From the NCBI GenBank assembly GCA_963778655.1, contig CAVZVA010000002.1:288001-352000 (forward strand): a stretch of 64,000 bases of DNA, written 5' to 3'. Positions 9,942 to 19,320 of the stretch are shown in pieces. The translations under genes and the position numbers were made by a program. How positions within the stretch are numbered: position 1 is the first letter of the stretch; each line of letters starts with the position of its first letter. A model generated the notes under the pieces. That model made no database searches, was not told where the DNA came from, and was given only the letters and a program-made list of their open reading frames with translations. This stretch comes from an uncultured delta proteobacterium (lineage in GTDB: Bacteria > Myxococcota_A > Polyangia > Polyangiales > JAFGIB01).

Positions 9942-9985
9942 CACCGAGCGCGCCCGCCTCAACGCGGGCGCGCTCGGTGTTTTTT
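9942..9985 (+). terminator. Rho-independent terminator
   Basis: Perfect 16-bp stem caccgagcgcgcccgc / gcgggcgcgctcggtg with a 6-nt loop, followed by TTTTTT. Confidence 0.9.
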
Positions 9986-10070
9986 GGGGGCCTGGGCGGT
10001 CGTAGGGTGCGGGCGCCGGGCAGGACACGTTGATCTCCCCGGGCGGGTCTCATAAGGATCGCCAGAGCCT

Positions 10071-10889
10071 ATGCAAACCGTCGAGGCACTGGTCGCCCGA
10101 TTGCGCAACAACCCGGCCGACCGCGAGGCTTACGAGATCCTCAAGGGTCTGTACTGGCAGCAAGGGGACTACGCCTCGCTCGCCAACCTGATCGCAGGCT
10201 GGGCGGGTTGGGTCAGCGACGACCGCGCCGCGTCGTCGGCCTACCTGGAGGTCGCCGACCTGCTCGCACACAAGCTCGCCGACCCCGCGCAGGCGGAACG
10301 CTTCTATCAGGAGGCGCTGCGACGCGATCCGATCAACCTGGCGGCGTGCGACGCGCTGTGCAGCCTGTGGGAGGGTCAGAACCAGCACGAACGGCTGGCC
10401 GCCTTCCTGCAGGATCAGCTCCAGCTGCTGGCCGAGCACGGCGCCGCGCCCAAGCAGCTCGCCGTGCTGCGCTACCGGCTGGGCGAGCTGTGGGGCAAGC
10501 ACCTAAGGCAACCGACCGAGGCACTGCGCCACTATCGCAAGGCGCTGGAGCTCGACCCGAGCCTGCTGCGCGCCATGTACGAGGCGCGCCAGCTCCACCT
10601 CGAGCAGGGCGAGCTGCGCGCCGCCGCCGAGCTGTACGACCGCGAGGCGGCGGCGGAGCCGAGCCCCGAACGCAAGGTGGGGTTGCTGGTCGAGCTGGCG
10701 GGGCTGTACCGCGACGAGATCGACGACCTGGAGGGGGCGGTGTCCGCCCTGCACCGCGCGCACAGCGTAGCGCCGGAGGACGTGGGGTTGAGCTACGAGC
10801 TGGCGACCGTGCTGATCCAGCGCGCCGAGCACGCCGACGAGCGCACCGCGCGCGGCGACTACGTGCAGGTTGCCGATTCTGATGTGTGA
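10071..10889 (+). CDS. TPR-repeat protein, probably the N-terminal part of a frameshifted giant TPR gene
   Basis: TPR-like repeats (AERFYQEALRRDP, ALRHYRKALELDP). The helical pattern continues in the +1 frame at ~10878. Confidence 0.75.
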   Translation: MQTVEALVARLRNNPADREAYEILKGLYWQQGDYASLANLIAGWAGWVSDDRAASSAYLEVADLLAHKLADPAQAERFYQEALRRDPINLAACDALCSLWEGQNQHERLAAFLQDQLQLLAEHGAAPKQLAVLRYRLGELWGKHLRQPTEALRHYRKALELDPSLLRAMYEARQLHLEQGELRAAAELYDREAAAEPSPERKVGLLVELAGLYRDEIDDLEGAVSALHRAHSVAPEDVGLSYELATVLIQRAEHADERTARGDYVQVADSDV

Positions 10890-13800
10890 GATTGCAGCCT
10901 CGGTCGATGCCGCGCAGGCGGTCGGCTACCTCGAGACGGCGCTCGGCTATGCGCCCCAGCACGAGCGCGCGGTCTCGACGCTCGAAGCCCTGCTCGAAGG
11001 CGGCCACGACGCGCAGCGCCTGGCGGCCTGCTGGGTGGCTTACCTGGCGGCGGCGCCCTCCGGCCAGGCCGCGCACAGGCGCCGCGTCAAGCTGGCGCGG
11101 GCGTACGTCGCGCAAGGCCAGCTCGAGGATGCGATCTTCTGCCTCGAGCCCGCGGCGCAGGGCGGCTTCTCCGGCGCGACCGAGCTACTCGACGAGCTGC
11201 GGCCGCGCGCGCGCGGTTCGGCCGGCCCAGCCGCGCCGGCCAGCCCGCCCGGCAATCGCGCCCGCAGCACCAAGCCGCCGCCACGCCCGGCGAGCCGTCC
11301 CGCGAGCCGGCCGGTCGCGGCCTCCGCGGCGCGCAGCACGCCCGAGCCGCCGCCCGCCGCCGAGGCGTCGTCGCGCGACATCACCGACCTCGACGACGTG
11401 CAAACCGTGGTGGGGGAGCCCGAGCTGATCGACTCGCTGCGCGAGGCCGCGGCCGAGGACGAGCGCCGCGCGCGGGCAGTCGCGCTGGAGCGTGCGAGCG
11501 AGCCGGGCGGTGCGGCGCCCCCCGTGCCCGCCGAGGCGGCGCCGGCGCTCGAAGAGCTGGAGTCGCTGGACGAGGCCGACGCAATCGAGCAGCCCGAGGA
11601 ACAACCCGAGGAGCCGCCGCCGCCTCGACTTTCGGAGCTGCCCGAGCGGCGCCGGCAAGCCGCCGCGCTGGCGCGCGAGCATCGCCAGGACGAGGCGGCG
11701 GCGGCTTACGAGGAGATCCTGCGCGCCGACCCGCTCGACCGCGAGGCCTTTGCCTTCCTCGACGGCTTCTATCGACGCAAGCAGCAGCACTCGCGCCGCG
11801 CGCTGCTGCTCGAGCGCAGCGCCGCGGCCGAGGGCTTGCCCTCGCGCGTGCGCATCACGCGCCTGCGCGAGGCTGCCGGCACCTACGAAGCGCGGCTCAA
11901 GGACTACGACGCCGCCATCCGCACGCTGCACCTGCTTTCGCAGATCGACCCCGAGGCCGACGACGCGCAGCGCGCGCTCAAGCGCCTGCTCGAGCGAGCG
12001 GAGCGTTGGGACGAGCTGGCGGTCGTGCTGGAGAGCGAGCTTGCAAGGGCCAAGGATGCGGAGCCCAAGCTGCCGCTGCTGCGGCGGCTGGCGAGCCTGC
12101 ACCGGGAGCGCCGCGAAGACCTGGGCGCGGCCGCGGACGCGCTCGAGCGCATGTTGATGCTCAAACCCGACGACCGGGCCAGCCGCGACCAGCTGATCGA
12201 GGATCTGCTCGAGCTGCAGCGCTTTGAGGACGTGTTGCCGCTGCTGGAGCGCAAGATCGAGGAGGCGAGCAGCAAGTCGCAGAAGCTATCGCTGCTGCGC
12301 CAGCTGGCGGGCCTGTGCCGCGATCGGATGGGCGACCCGGATCGTGCGTTCGCGATCTACGAGCGCATGCTGGCGCTGTCGCCCGGCGACCTCGACACGC
12401 TGGGCGAGCTGGCGGCGATGGACGAGGCCTCGGGCAACCTCGAGCGCATGCTGGCGACGCTGGAACGGCAGGTCGCGCTCGCCCAGCCCGCGCACGGCGC
12501 GGAGATCCTGAGTCGCATGGCGCAGATCGCCGAGCAGCGGCTCGACGACGACGAGCGCGCGGCCGAGCTGCTCTCGCGCGCGGTGGACCTGGCGCCGGAG
12601 CAGCCGGGGCCGCTGCACGCGCTGTGCGAGCTATACGAGCGCGGGGGCAACTACGACGATCTGGTCGAGCTCCTGCGCGAGCGCGCGCTGATGGAACGCA
12701 ACCCGCAGCCGCGCGCCGAGCTGTACCGCCGCATCGCTCAGGTGCTGCAGGACCGGGTCGGCGACGAAGAGGGCGCGCGCGAGGCGTGGGAAAAGCTGCT
12801 GCAGATCAAGGAGGACCGCGAGGCCCTGGACGCGCTGCGGCAACGGGCGCTGCAGCGCGACGACGTGGAGAGCCTGGTCAAGCTGCTCGCGCGGCTCGCG
12901 GCGCTCGAAAGCGATCCACTGGAACGCCGCGACCTGTTGTTCGAGCGTGCCTCGCTGTTGCTGCGGCGGCTCTCGCGCGCGGCCGACGCGGCGGCCGACC
13001 TGTTGCACATCCTGGGCGAGATCGATCCGGGCTTCGAGCCCGCGATGGACGAGCTGCGCGCGGCCGCCGAAGCCTCGGGCGACTACCGCGCGCTGGCGCA
13101 GGTGTTGCAGCAGCGCCTCGAGCGCGCGCAGGACGCGTTCGATCGCGTCGCGCACGCGCGCGAGCTCGCGGACCTCTACGAATCCAAGCTGGGCGACGCC
13201 GAGCACGCGATCGCGGCGCTCGATGCCTGGGCTGCGGCCGACCCGCAGGACGTGGAGCCGCAGCACAGGTTGTGCCCGCTGCTGTCGCGCGCGCGCCGCC
13301 ATCAGGAGCTGATCGTCGCGCTCGACGCGATCGGTTTGCTCGAGATCGACCCGCAGGCACGCGCGCGCGCCGTGATTCAGGCGGCCGAGCTCGCGTACGC
13401 CAAGCAGGGCGACGCGGAGGGCGCGTGGCGCCGGCTGGTGCCGCTGGTGGAGCAGCAGGTGCCCGAGGCGGTCAGCGCCGCGATTGCGCTGGCCGACAAG
13501 AGCGACCGGCTCGACCCGCTCTACGACCTGCTCGAGCGCAGCGGCCAGACCCGCAAGTTGCTCGCGCTGCTGCGCGAGCGCGCGGAGCGCGAGCGAGACA
13601 GCTCCGCGCGCGCCGGCCTGTTGCGGCGGATCGCGCAGCTGCTGATCGACTACGAGGCCGACGAGGAGGGCGCGGCGGACGCCTACCGCAAGCTGCTCGA
13701 GATCGAGGAGGACGGCGACGCGCTGCGCTTCCTGCAGGCGGCGGCGATCCGGCGCGACGATCCGGAGGCGCTGGTCGGTATCCTCGCCCGCCTGGCCGCG

Positions 13801-16800
13801 CTCGAGCCCAACGCCGAGGAGCGCCGCGAGCTGTCGTTCGAGCGCGCGCGCCTGCTGTCCACGCGCCTGGAGCGGCCGGCCGAGGCGATTCCGGTGTTCC
13901 AGGAGTTGCTGCGCGCCGACCCCGAGCTCGAGCCCGCGCTCGAGGAGCTGTTGCGCGCCTGCGAGGCGGCGCGCGACCACGCCGCGCTGGCCGACGCGCT
14001 CAGCATGGCGCTCGCGCGCGCCGGCGAGCCGGCCGAGCAGGTCGATCTGGCGGCACGGCTTTCGGAGGTGTGCCTGCGCGAGCTGGGCGACACGCAGCGC
14101 GCGGCCTTTGCGCTGCAGCGCTGGGCGCAGGCCGACCCGGATGACCCGGAGCCGCACCGCAGGCTGCGCCCGATCCTGCAGGGCGCCGGGCAAGAGCGCG
14201 AGCTGCTCGCGAGCCTGGATGCGCTGGCGCGCACCGAGGACAGCGAACACGCCCGCATCGAGGCCACGCTGGCCGCCGCGAGCCTGGCGCGCAACGCGCT
14301 CAAGGACGTGGAGGCGGCCTGGCAACGACTGGCCCCACTGCTGCCCGACGCCGATCCGCGCATCGATCAGGCGCTGTACGCGCTGGCGATGGAGGCCGGG
14401 CGGCAGGACGAGCTGTACAGCCTGCTGGAGCAGGCCGGACGTCACGAAACGCTGGCCGAGTGGCTCAATCAGCGCATCGCGCTCGAGCGCAGCGACCCGC
14501 GCAAGGCCGAGCTGTATCGCCGGCTGGCGCACGTGCTGGGCGGACCGCTGCAGGACGAGGAGGCCGCCGCCCAGGCATGGGCGCGGCTGCTCAAGCTGCA
14601 GGAGGACGCCGAGGCGCTGGGCTTCCTGCGCGCGCAGGCGCTGCGGCGCGACGACATGGCGCTGCTGTGCGACTGCCTGAAGCGACTGGCGGCGCTGGAG
14701 CCCGACGTGAGCGAGAAGCGCGACCTGCTCTACGAGTACGGCCATCTGCTGCGCGCGCGGCTGGGACGGCCGGCCGAGGCGGCTCGCGTGCTGCGCGAGG
14801 TGGTCGAGCAACTCGACCGCGATTTCGATCCGGCGCTCGACGAGCTGGTGGAAGCGTGTGAGGCGACTTCCGACCACGCGAGCCTGGCCTGGGCGCTGGA
14901 GCGCGTGCTTGAACGCGAGCGCGACCCCGAGGTCAGAGCGCAGCAGGCCGACAAGCTGGCGACGCTCTACGAGCAGCGCCTCGGCGATCCGGAGCGCGCG
15001 GCGGCGGCGCTGCGGCTGTGGATTGAGGCGGCGCCGCAGCAGGCAGCGCCCCACCACCGACTGGCGGCGCTGCTGCGAGCCGAGGGCCAGCACGCCGCCC
15101 TGCTGCACGAGCTGGACGCGATCGCGGCCACCGACGAGGACGAGCCGCGGAGGCGCGAGGCACTGCTCGAGGGCGCCCAGCTCGCGTTCGAGCAGCTGAA
15201 CGACGGCGACGGCGCGTTCGCGCGCCTGCTGCCCCTGGCCAACATCGGCGACGATCGTGCCGAGAGCTTGCTCTCGCAGGTCGCATTCGCGAGCGGCAAG
15301 CTCGAAGAGTTGATCGCGCTGTACGAGAGCGCCGAGCGCTACGACGACTTGATCGCGGTGCTGCGCGCGCAGGCCGAGCGCGCAGAGCAGCCGGCCGCCA
15401 GGGCGGAGCTGTATCGCCGCTGCGCGCTGCTGCTGAGCGGACCATTGGCCGACGATATCGCCGCGGCGGAAGCGTTTCGCGAGGTGCTGCGCCTCGAGGA
15501 GGACCCCGAGGCGCTGGCGTTTCTGCGCAGGCAGGCCACGCGGATGGACGATCCGGCGGACCTGGCGGACATCCTGGCGCGCCTGGCCAAGCTCAGCACT
15601 GACCCCAAGGACAAGCGCGACCTGCTGTTCGAGCGCGCCTTGCTGCTCGCCGACCGGCTCGAACAGCGCCAGGAGGCGGTCGTGGTCCTGCGTGCGCTGC
15701 TGCTCGAGATCGACCCGGGCTACGTGCCCGCGATCGAAGAGCTGGTGGCAATGTGCGAGAGCGCCGACGACTACGCCGGGCTGGCGTTCGGGCTGGAGCA
15801 CCAGCTGGTGCTGGCGCGCACGCCGCCTGGACGCGCCGAGCTCGCCCAGCGCCTGGCCGACATCTACGAGGACAAGGTGGACGACCCCGCGCGCCTGGTC
15901 GCGGCGCTGCTTTCGTGGTGCGAGGCCGAGCCCGGTAGCCCCGAGCCGCGCCGGCGGCTGCGCCCGCGGCTGGAGCAGAGCGGCGAGGTCGAGCCGCTGC
16001 TCTCGGTGCTCGATACCCTGGCCGCCTGCGAGACCTCGGTCGAGGCGCGCCTGGATGCGGCGCTGGCCGGCTCCGAGCTCGCGTTTGCCAAGCAGCGCGA
16101 CGCGGAGGGAGCCTGGCAGCGGCTTTCGCCCTTCGTGCTCGAGGGCCTGGAGCGGGCCGAAGCCGCCGCGCGCGCGCTCGCCGAGCGCAGCGAGCAGTGG
16201 CGCCCGCTGGTCAATCTGTACGTGCTGCGCGCGCAGCGCCGAGAAGACGCCGCCACCGCGCAGGCCGACTGGATGCAGGCCGCCGCCCTGTACGAGCAGC
16301 GCCTGCAGGAGCCGGCCGAGGCGCTCGAGGCGGATCTGCGCGCGCTTGCGCTCGACATCAACAACCGCGCGCTACTCTCGGAAATCGACCGGCTGGCGGC
16401 GGCCTCGGGCGCCTGGGAGCGGCTGCAGCGCGTGTACAACCGCCTGGTCCAGGATGCCCCCGACAACGTCACCCGCATCGAGCTGCTGGCGCGCCACGCC
16501 ACGCTGCTCGAGCACCACGGCAACGACGAGGTCGGCGCGCTGGAGCGGCTGCTCGCGGTGTGCCGGCTGGCCCCCGCGCGCGACGACCTGCTCGAGCACG
16601 CGGCTTCGCTGGCGGCGCGCACCGGCAGCCACGCGGAGCTGATCTGGCTGTACGAGAACCTGGCGCGCAACGCGACCAACGACGAGCAGCGCGCGCGTCA
16701 GATGCTGCGCGCCGCCAAGGTGGCCGACCTCGGACTCGGTGATCGCGAGCACGCCATGCGCGACATCGGCAAGGCGCTGGCGCTGACCGAGGATTCGCCC

Positions 16801-17514
16801 GCGGTTGCCGCCGAGATCGAGGATCTCGCGCGCGAGCTGGACCGGGCGCGGCCTGAGCTGGGCAAGGAGGACGCCCGGCGTTCGCTGATTCGCATCCACC
16901 TGGAGCTCGCCCAACAGCTGGGGGAACCGTTCGGGCCGGTGCTGGTGCTGCGCGCCTCGCAGCTGCTCAGCGACGAGCTCGACGACGCGGCCGCGTGCTT
17001 CGACGCGCTCAAGCAGGGCGCGACGCTGTTCCCCAACGATCTCGATCTGTACGACGCGCTCGAGCGCGTAGCGCTCAAGATCAAGCGGCTCGATGCGCTC
17101 GAGGCACACCTGTCGCGCTGCGTGCAGCGCGCCACCGAGGATGAGGTCAAGCGCGCGTTGCTGTGGCGACGCGGCAAGCTGCTGGCCGATCACCTGCAAC
17201 GGCCGGCCAAGGCGGCCGAGGTGTACCGCGAGCTGCTGGCGCTGGGCCCGGACAACGGGGCGGCGTTCGAGGCGTTGCTGCGCAGCCTGCGCCAGGCGGC
17301 TCGCTACCAGGATCTGCTCAAGCTCTACAACGAACGGCTGGCCGCCACCGAGGATCTGGAGGCACGGCTCTCCCTGATGCGCCAGATGGCCTTGTTGTGG
17401 GAGGTCGAGCTGAAGAACCGGCCGAGCGCCGTCGAGCTGTGGCGGGTGGTCCAGGCGCTGGCCCCCAACGACGAGGAAGCCACGGCCGCGCTCAACCGCC
17501 TGGGGGCGGCCTGA
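10882..17514 (+). CDS. Giant TPR/alpha-solenoid protein (~2,200 aa; ~2,480 aa if fused to the upstream ORF), resembling myxobacterial AgmK-like proteins
   Basis: Continuous TPR-like helices and four ~299-aa super-repeats. First ATG at 10882. Orthology to AgmK not established. Confidence 0.85.
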   Translation: MCEIAASVDAAQAVGYLETALGYAPQHERAVSTLEALLEGGHDAQRLAACWVAYLAAAPSGQAAHRRRVKLARAYVAQGQLEDAIFCLEPAAQGGFSGATELLDELRPRARGSAGPAAPASPPGNRARSTKPPPRPASRPASRPVAASAARSTPEPPPAAEASSRDITDLDDVQTVVGEPELIDSLREAAAEDERRARAVALERASEPGGAAPPVPAEAAPALEELESLDEADAIEQPEEQPEEPPPPRLSELPERRRQAAALAREHRQDEAAAAYEEILRADPLDREAFAFLDGFYRRKQQHSRRALLLERSAAAEGLPSRVRITRLREAAGTYEARLKDYDAAIRTLHLLSQIDPEADDAQRALKRLLERAERWDELAVVLESELARAKDAEPKLPLLRRLASLHRERREDLGAAADALERMLMLKPDDRASRDQLIEDLLELQRFEDVLPLLERKIEEASSKSQKLSLLRQLAGLCRDRMGDPDRAFAIYERMLALSPGDLDTLGELAAMDEASGNLERMLATLERQVALAQPAHGAEILSRMAQIAEQRLDDDERAAELLSRAVDLAPEQPGPLHALCELYERGGNYDDLVELLRERALMERNPQPRAELYRRIAQVLQDRVGDEEGAREAWEKLLQIKEDREALDALRQRALQRDDVESLVKLLARLAALESDPLERRDLLFERASLLLRRLSRAADAAADLLHILGEIDPGFEPAMDELRAAAEASGDYRALAQVLQQRLERAQDAFDRVAHARELADLYESKLGDAEHAIAALDAWAAADPQDVEPQHRLCPLLSRARRHQELIVALDAIGLLEIDPQARARAVIQAAELAYAKQGDAEGAWRRLVPLVEQQVPEAVSAAIALADKSDRLDPLYDLLERSGQTRKLLALLRERAERERDSSARAGLLRRIAQLLIDYEADEEGAADAYRKLLEIEEDGDALRFLQAAAIRRDDPEALVGILARLAALEPNAEERRELSFERARLLSTRLERPAEAIPVFQELLRADPELEPALEELLRACEAARDHAALADALSMALARAGEPAEQVDLAARLSEVCLRELGDTQRAAFALQRWAQADPDDPEPHRRLRPILQGAGQERELLASLDALARTEDSEHARIEATLAAASLARNALKDVEAAWQRLAPLLPDADPRIDQALYALAMEAGRQDELYSLLEQAGRHETLAEWLNQRIALERSDPRKAELYRRLAHVLGGPLQDEEAAAQAWARLLKLQEDAEALGFLRAQALRRDDMALLCDCLKRLAALEPDVSEKRDLLYEYGHLLRARLGRPAEAARVLREVVEQLDRDFDPALDELVEACEATSDHASLAWALERVLERERDPEVRAQQADKLATLYEQRLGDPERAAAALRLWIEAAPQQAAPHHRLAALLRAEGQHAALLHELDAIAATDEDEPRRREALLEGAQLAFEQLNDGDGAFARLLPLANIGDDRAESLLSQVAFASGKLEELIALYESAERYDDLIAVLRAQAERAEQPAARAELYRRCALLLSGPLADDIAAAEAFREVLRLEEDPEALAFLRRQATRMDDPADLADILARLAKLSTDPKDKRDLLFERALLLADRLEQRQEAVVVLRALLLEIDPGYVPAIEELVAMCESADDYAGLAFGLEHQLVLARTPPGRAELAQRLADIYEDKVDDPARLVAALLSWCEAEPGSPEPRRRLRPRLEQSGEVEPLLSVLDTLAACETSVEARLDAALAGSELAFAKQRDAEGAWQRLSPFVLEGLERAEAAARALAERSEQWRPLVNLYVLRAQRREDAATAQADWMQAAALYEQRLQEPAEALEADLRALALDINNRALLSEIDRLAAASGAWERLQRVYNRLVQDAPDNVTRIELLARHATLLEHHGNDEVGALERLLAVCRLAPARDDLLEHAASLAARTGSHAELIWLYENLARNATNDEQRARQMLRAAKVADLGLGDREHAMRDIGKALALTEDSPAVAAEIEDLARELDRARPELGKEDARRSLIRIHLELAQQLGEPFGPVLVLRASQLLSDELDDAAACFDALKQGATLFPNDLDLYDALERVALKIKRLDALEAHLSRCVQRATEDEVKRALLWRRGKLLADHLQRPAKAAEVYRELLALGPDNGAAFEALLRSLRQAARYQDLLKLYNERLAATEDLEARLSLMRQMALLWEVELKNRPSAVELWRVVQALAPNDEEATAALNRLGAA

Positions 17515-17652
17515 GCCAGCTCGGCGTCTCGGATTTCAGCCAGGCGCCAAGAGAGACGCTTCGGGCCGGGAATCCTCGTCGTTTTCGCGTGTTGCTGCTT
17601 GGTGGCGGTCACCGACCCCAGACTCACACCGCCCGGCGCTCGGGTTTCTGGC

Positions 17653-17680
17653 TTGCAAAATTGGCCGCGCGGCCTAAAAT
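17653..17680 (+). promoter_or_regulatory. Candidate sigma-70 promoter
   Basis: TTGCAA-16 bp-TAAAAT in GC-rich DNA, ~95 bp upstream of the PAP2 gene. Confidence 0.4.
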
Positions 17681-17775
17681 ACGCTCTCCGCTGCGCATGA
17701 CGCTCAGCATGGGGTATTAGCCAGGCCACGGTTTCTTCGGGCCAAGCGGTTTGGCCACGCGGACGCGGAGCAAGC

Positions 17776-18891
17776 ATGGTCGAAACCAGAGGAGCCAGCG
17801 CGGCCGAGGTCACGGCGCTCGATCGGGCGCGAGCCCCGTTCCTGTCGCGCGCCAGGGCGCGGCGGTTCGTGTCGATGCTGGCGGGCCAGGACTGGATCGT
17901 CGCCGGCTACTTGCTGATCCTGCTGGCGGCGGTGCTGCACGGCTCGGGCCCGCGCCGCCCGACTGCAATCGCCGGGCTGGTGGGCGACTTCGTGATGCTG
18001 TGCAGCGTGCTGGTGCTGGTGCGCGGCGAGGTGCTGCGGCCGGGTTTCGTCGCCTCGCTGTTGTACCGCTTCGCGCTGCTCGGCGCCTTGCTCGGCTCGT
18101 TCCTGCAGTTGCAGTACGTGCTGCCGACGGCAACGCACTACGCGCTGGACGCGCAGATCTACGCGCTCGACAAGGCGGTGTTCGGACTGGAGCCGTCCGA
18201 GGCGTGGGATCACTTCGTCACCCCGGCCACCACGGACTGGTTCTCGTTCTTCTACTACGGCTACTTCTTCATTCTCGCCGCTCACGTGCTGCCGCTCATG
18301 TTCTTCGCTCGGGACATGAAGATCTTCAGCGAGTTCTCGTTCGGCATCCTGTGGCTGTTCTGCGCCGGGCACACGCTGTACCTGGTGGTGCCGGGCTACG
18401 GGCCCTACGTGTACCTGGCCCACCACTTCCGGCACGAGCTGCAGGGCCCGTTCTGGTGGCATCTGGTCAAGGAGACGGTCGATTCGGTCGACGGCGCCGC
18501 ACGCAAGGACATCTTCCCCAGCCTACACACCGCGGCCCCCACCTTCCTCGCGCTGTTCTCGTTCCGCCACCGGCGCGCGGCGCCGTTCAAATACACCTGG
18601 CCGCTGGTCGCAGCCTTCGCGTCGCAGATCATCCTCGCCACCATGTTTCTGCGCTGGCACTACCTGATCGACATCTGCGCGGGCATCACGCTGGCGGCCA
18701 CCGCGGTGCTGCTCGCGCGCACGGTCGCCGCCCGCGAACGGATCACGCGCGCCCGGCTGCGGCTGCCGCCGGTGTGGCAACCGCTGGTCTTCGCCTCGGC
18801 CAGCGGGACGGCCGTCGGGCTGCCTGCGGCGATCGGCGGCGAGCACCGGCTGCATCAGGGCCGGGCCGAAGAGCGCCGCAAGCTCGGCTGA
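17776..18891 (+). CDS. PAP2-superfamily membrane enzyme, AUR1/inositol-phosphoceramide-synthase-like
   Basis: Multiple TM segments. Motifs YLVVPGYGP, DIFPSLHTA and RWHYLIDICAG. Confidence 0.8.
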   Translation: MVETRGASAAEVTALDRARAPFLSRARARRFVSMLAGQDWIVAGYLLILLAAVLHGSGPRRPTAIAGLVGDFVMLCSVLVLVRGEVLRPGFVASLLYRFALLGALLGSFLQLQYVLPTATHYALDAQIYALDKAVFGLEPSEAWDHFVTPATTDWFSFFYYGYFFILAAHVLPLMFFARDMKIFSEFSFGILWLFCAGHTLYLVVPGYGPYVYLAHHFRHELQGPFWWHLVKETVDSVDGAARKDIFPSLHTAAPTFLALFSFRHRRAAPFKYTWPLVAAFASQIILATMFLRWHYLIDICAGITLAATAVLLARTVAARERITRARLRLPPVWQPLVFASASGTAVGLPAAIGGEHRLHQGRAEERRKLG

Positions 18892-18970
18892 TCGCGGCGG
18901 CACGCGCCGGCGCGTCCTGCGATCCGAAGCACCGCGGGCGGCCCGGCGGCGTCTCGACGCTTTCAATCCT

Positions 18971-19141
18971 CTAGAGCACCGAACATATTGAAACACGCGC
19001 GATTTCGGGGCCCTCGCGGGCGCATGGCACGCGCGCTCCCCGCTCGACGTAGGATGGACTACGCCTTCGGGCTCCCGCCCGCACCCTGCATCCGGCCATG
19101 ACCCCGACTTCGCACACGTTTCAATAGGTTCGGTGCTCTAG
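18971..19141. mobile_element. MITE-like element, copy 1 (171 bp)
   Basis: Terminal inverted repeats ctagagcaccgaacatattgaaac / gtttcaataggttcggtgctctag, CTAG at both ends, no coding capacity. Near-identical copy at 33367-33538. Confidence 0.8.
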
Positions 19142-19320
19142 GGGGGGGCCCGCCACCTACTGCGCCCGAAGATCGCGGCGCTCTCATGGCCCATTGAGCC
19201 AGCCCGGGCGGAGCACACGGCGGGGTCCGCGTTCCCTGGCCGGGATTTGAAGGTCCAGTAAAAACGGTTATTATCCTCAGCGGACGCCCGAGCTGTCGTC
19301 AAGAACGGAGCAAAATCATT

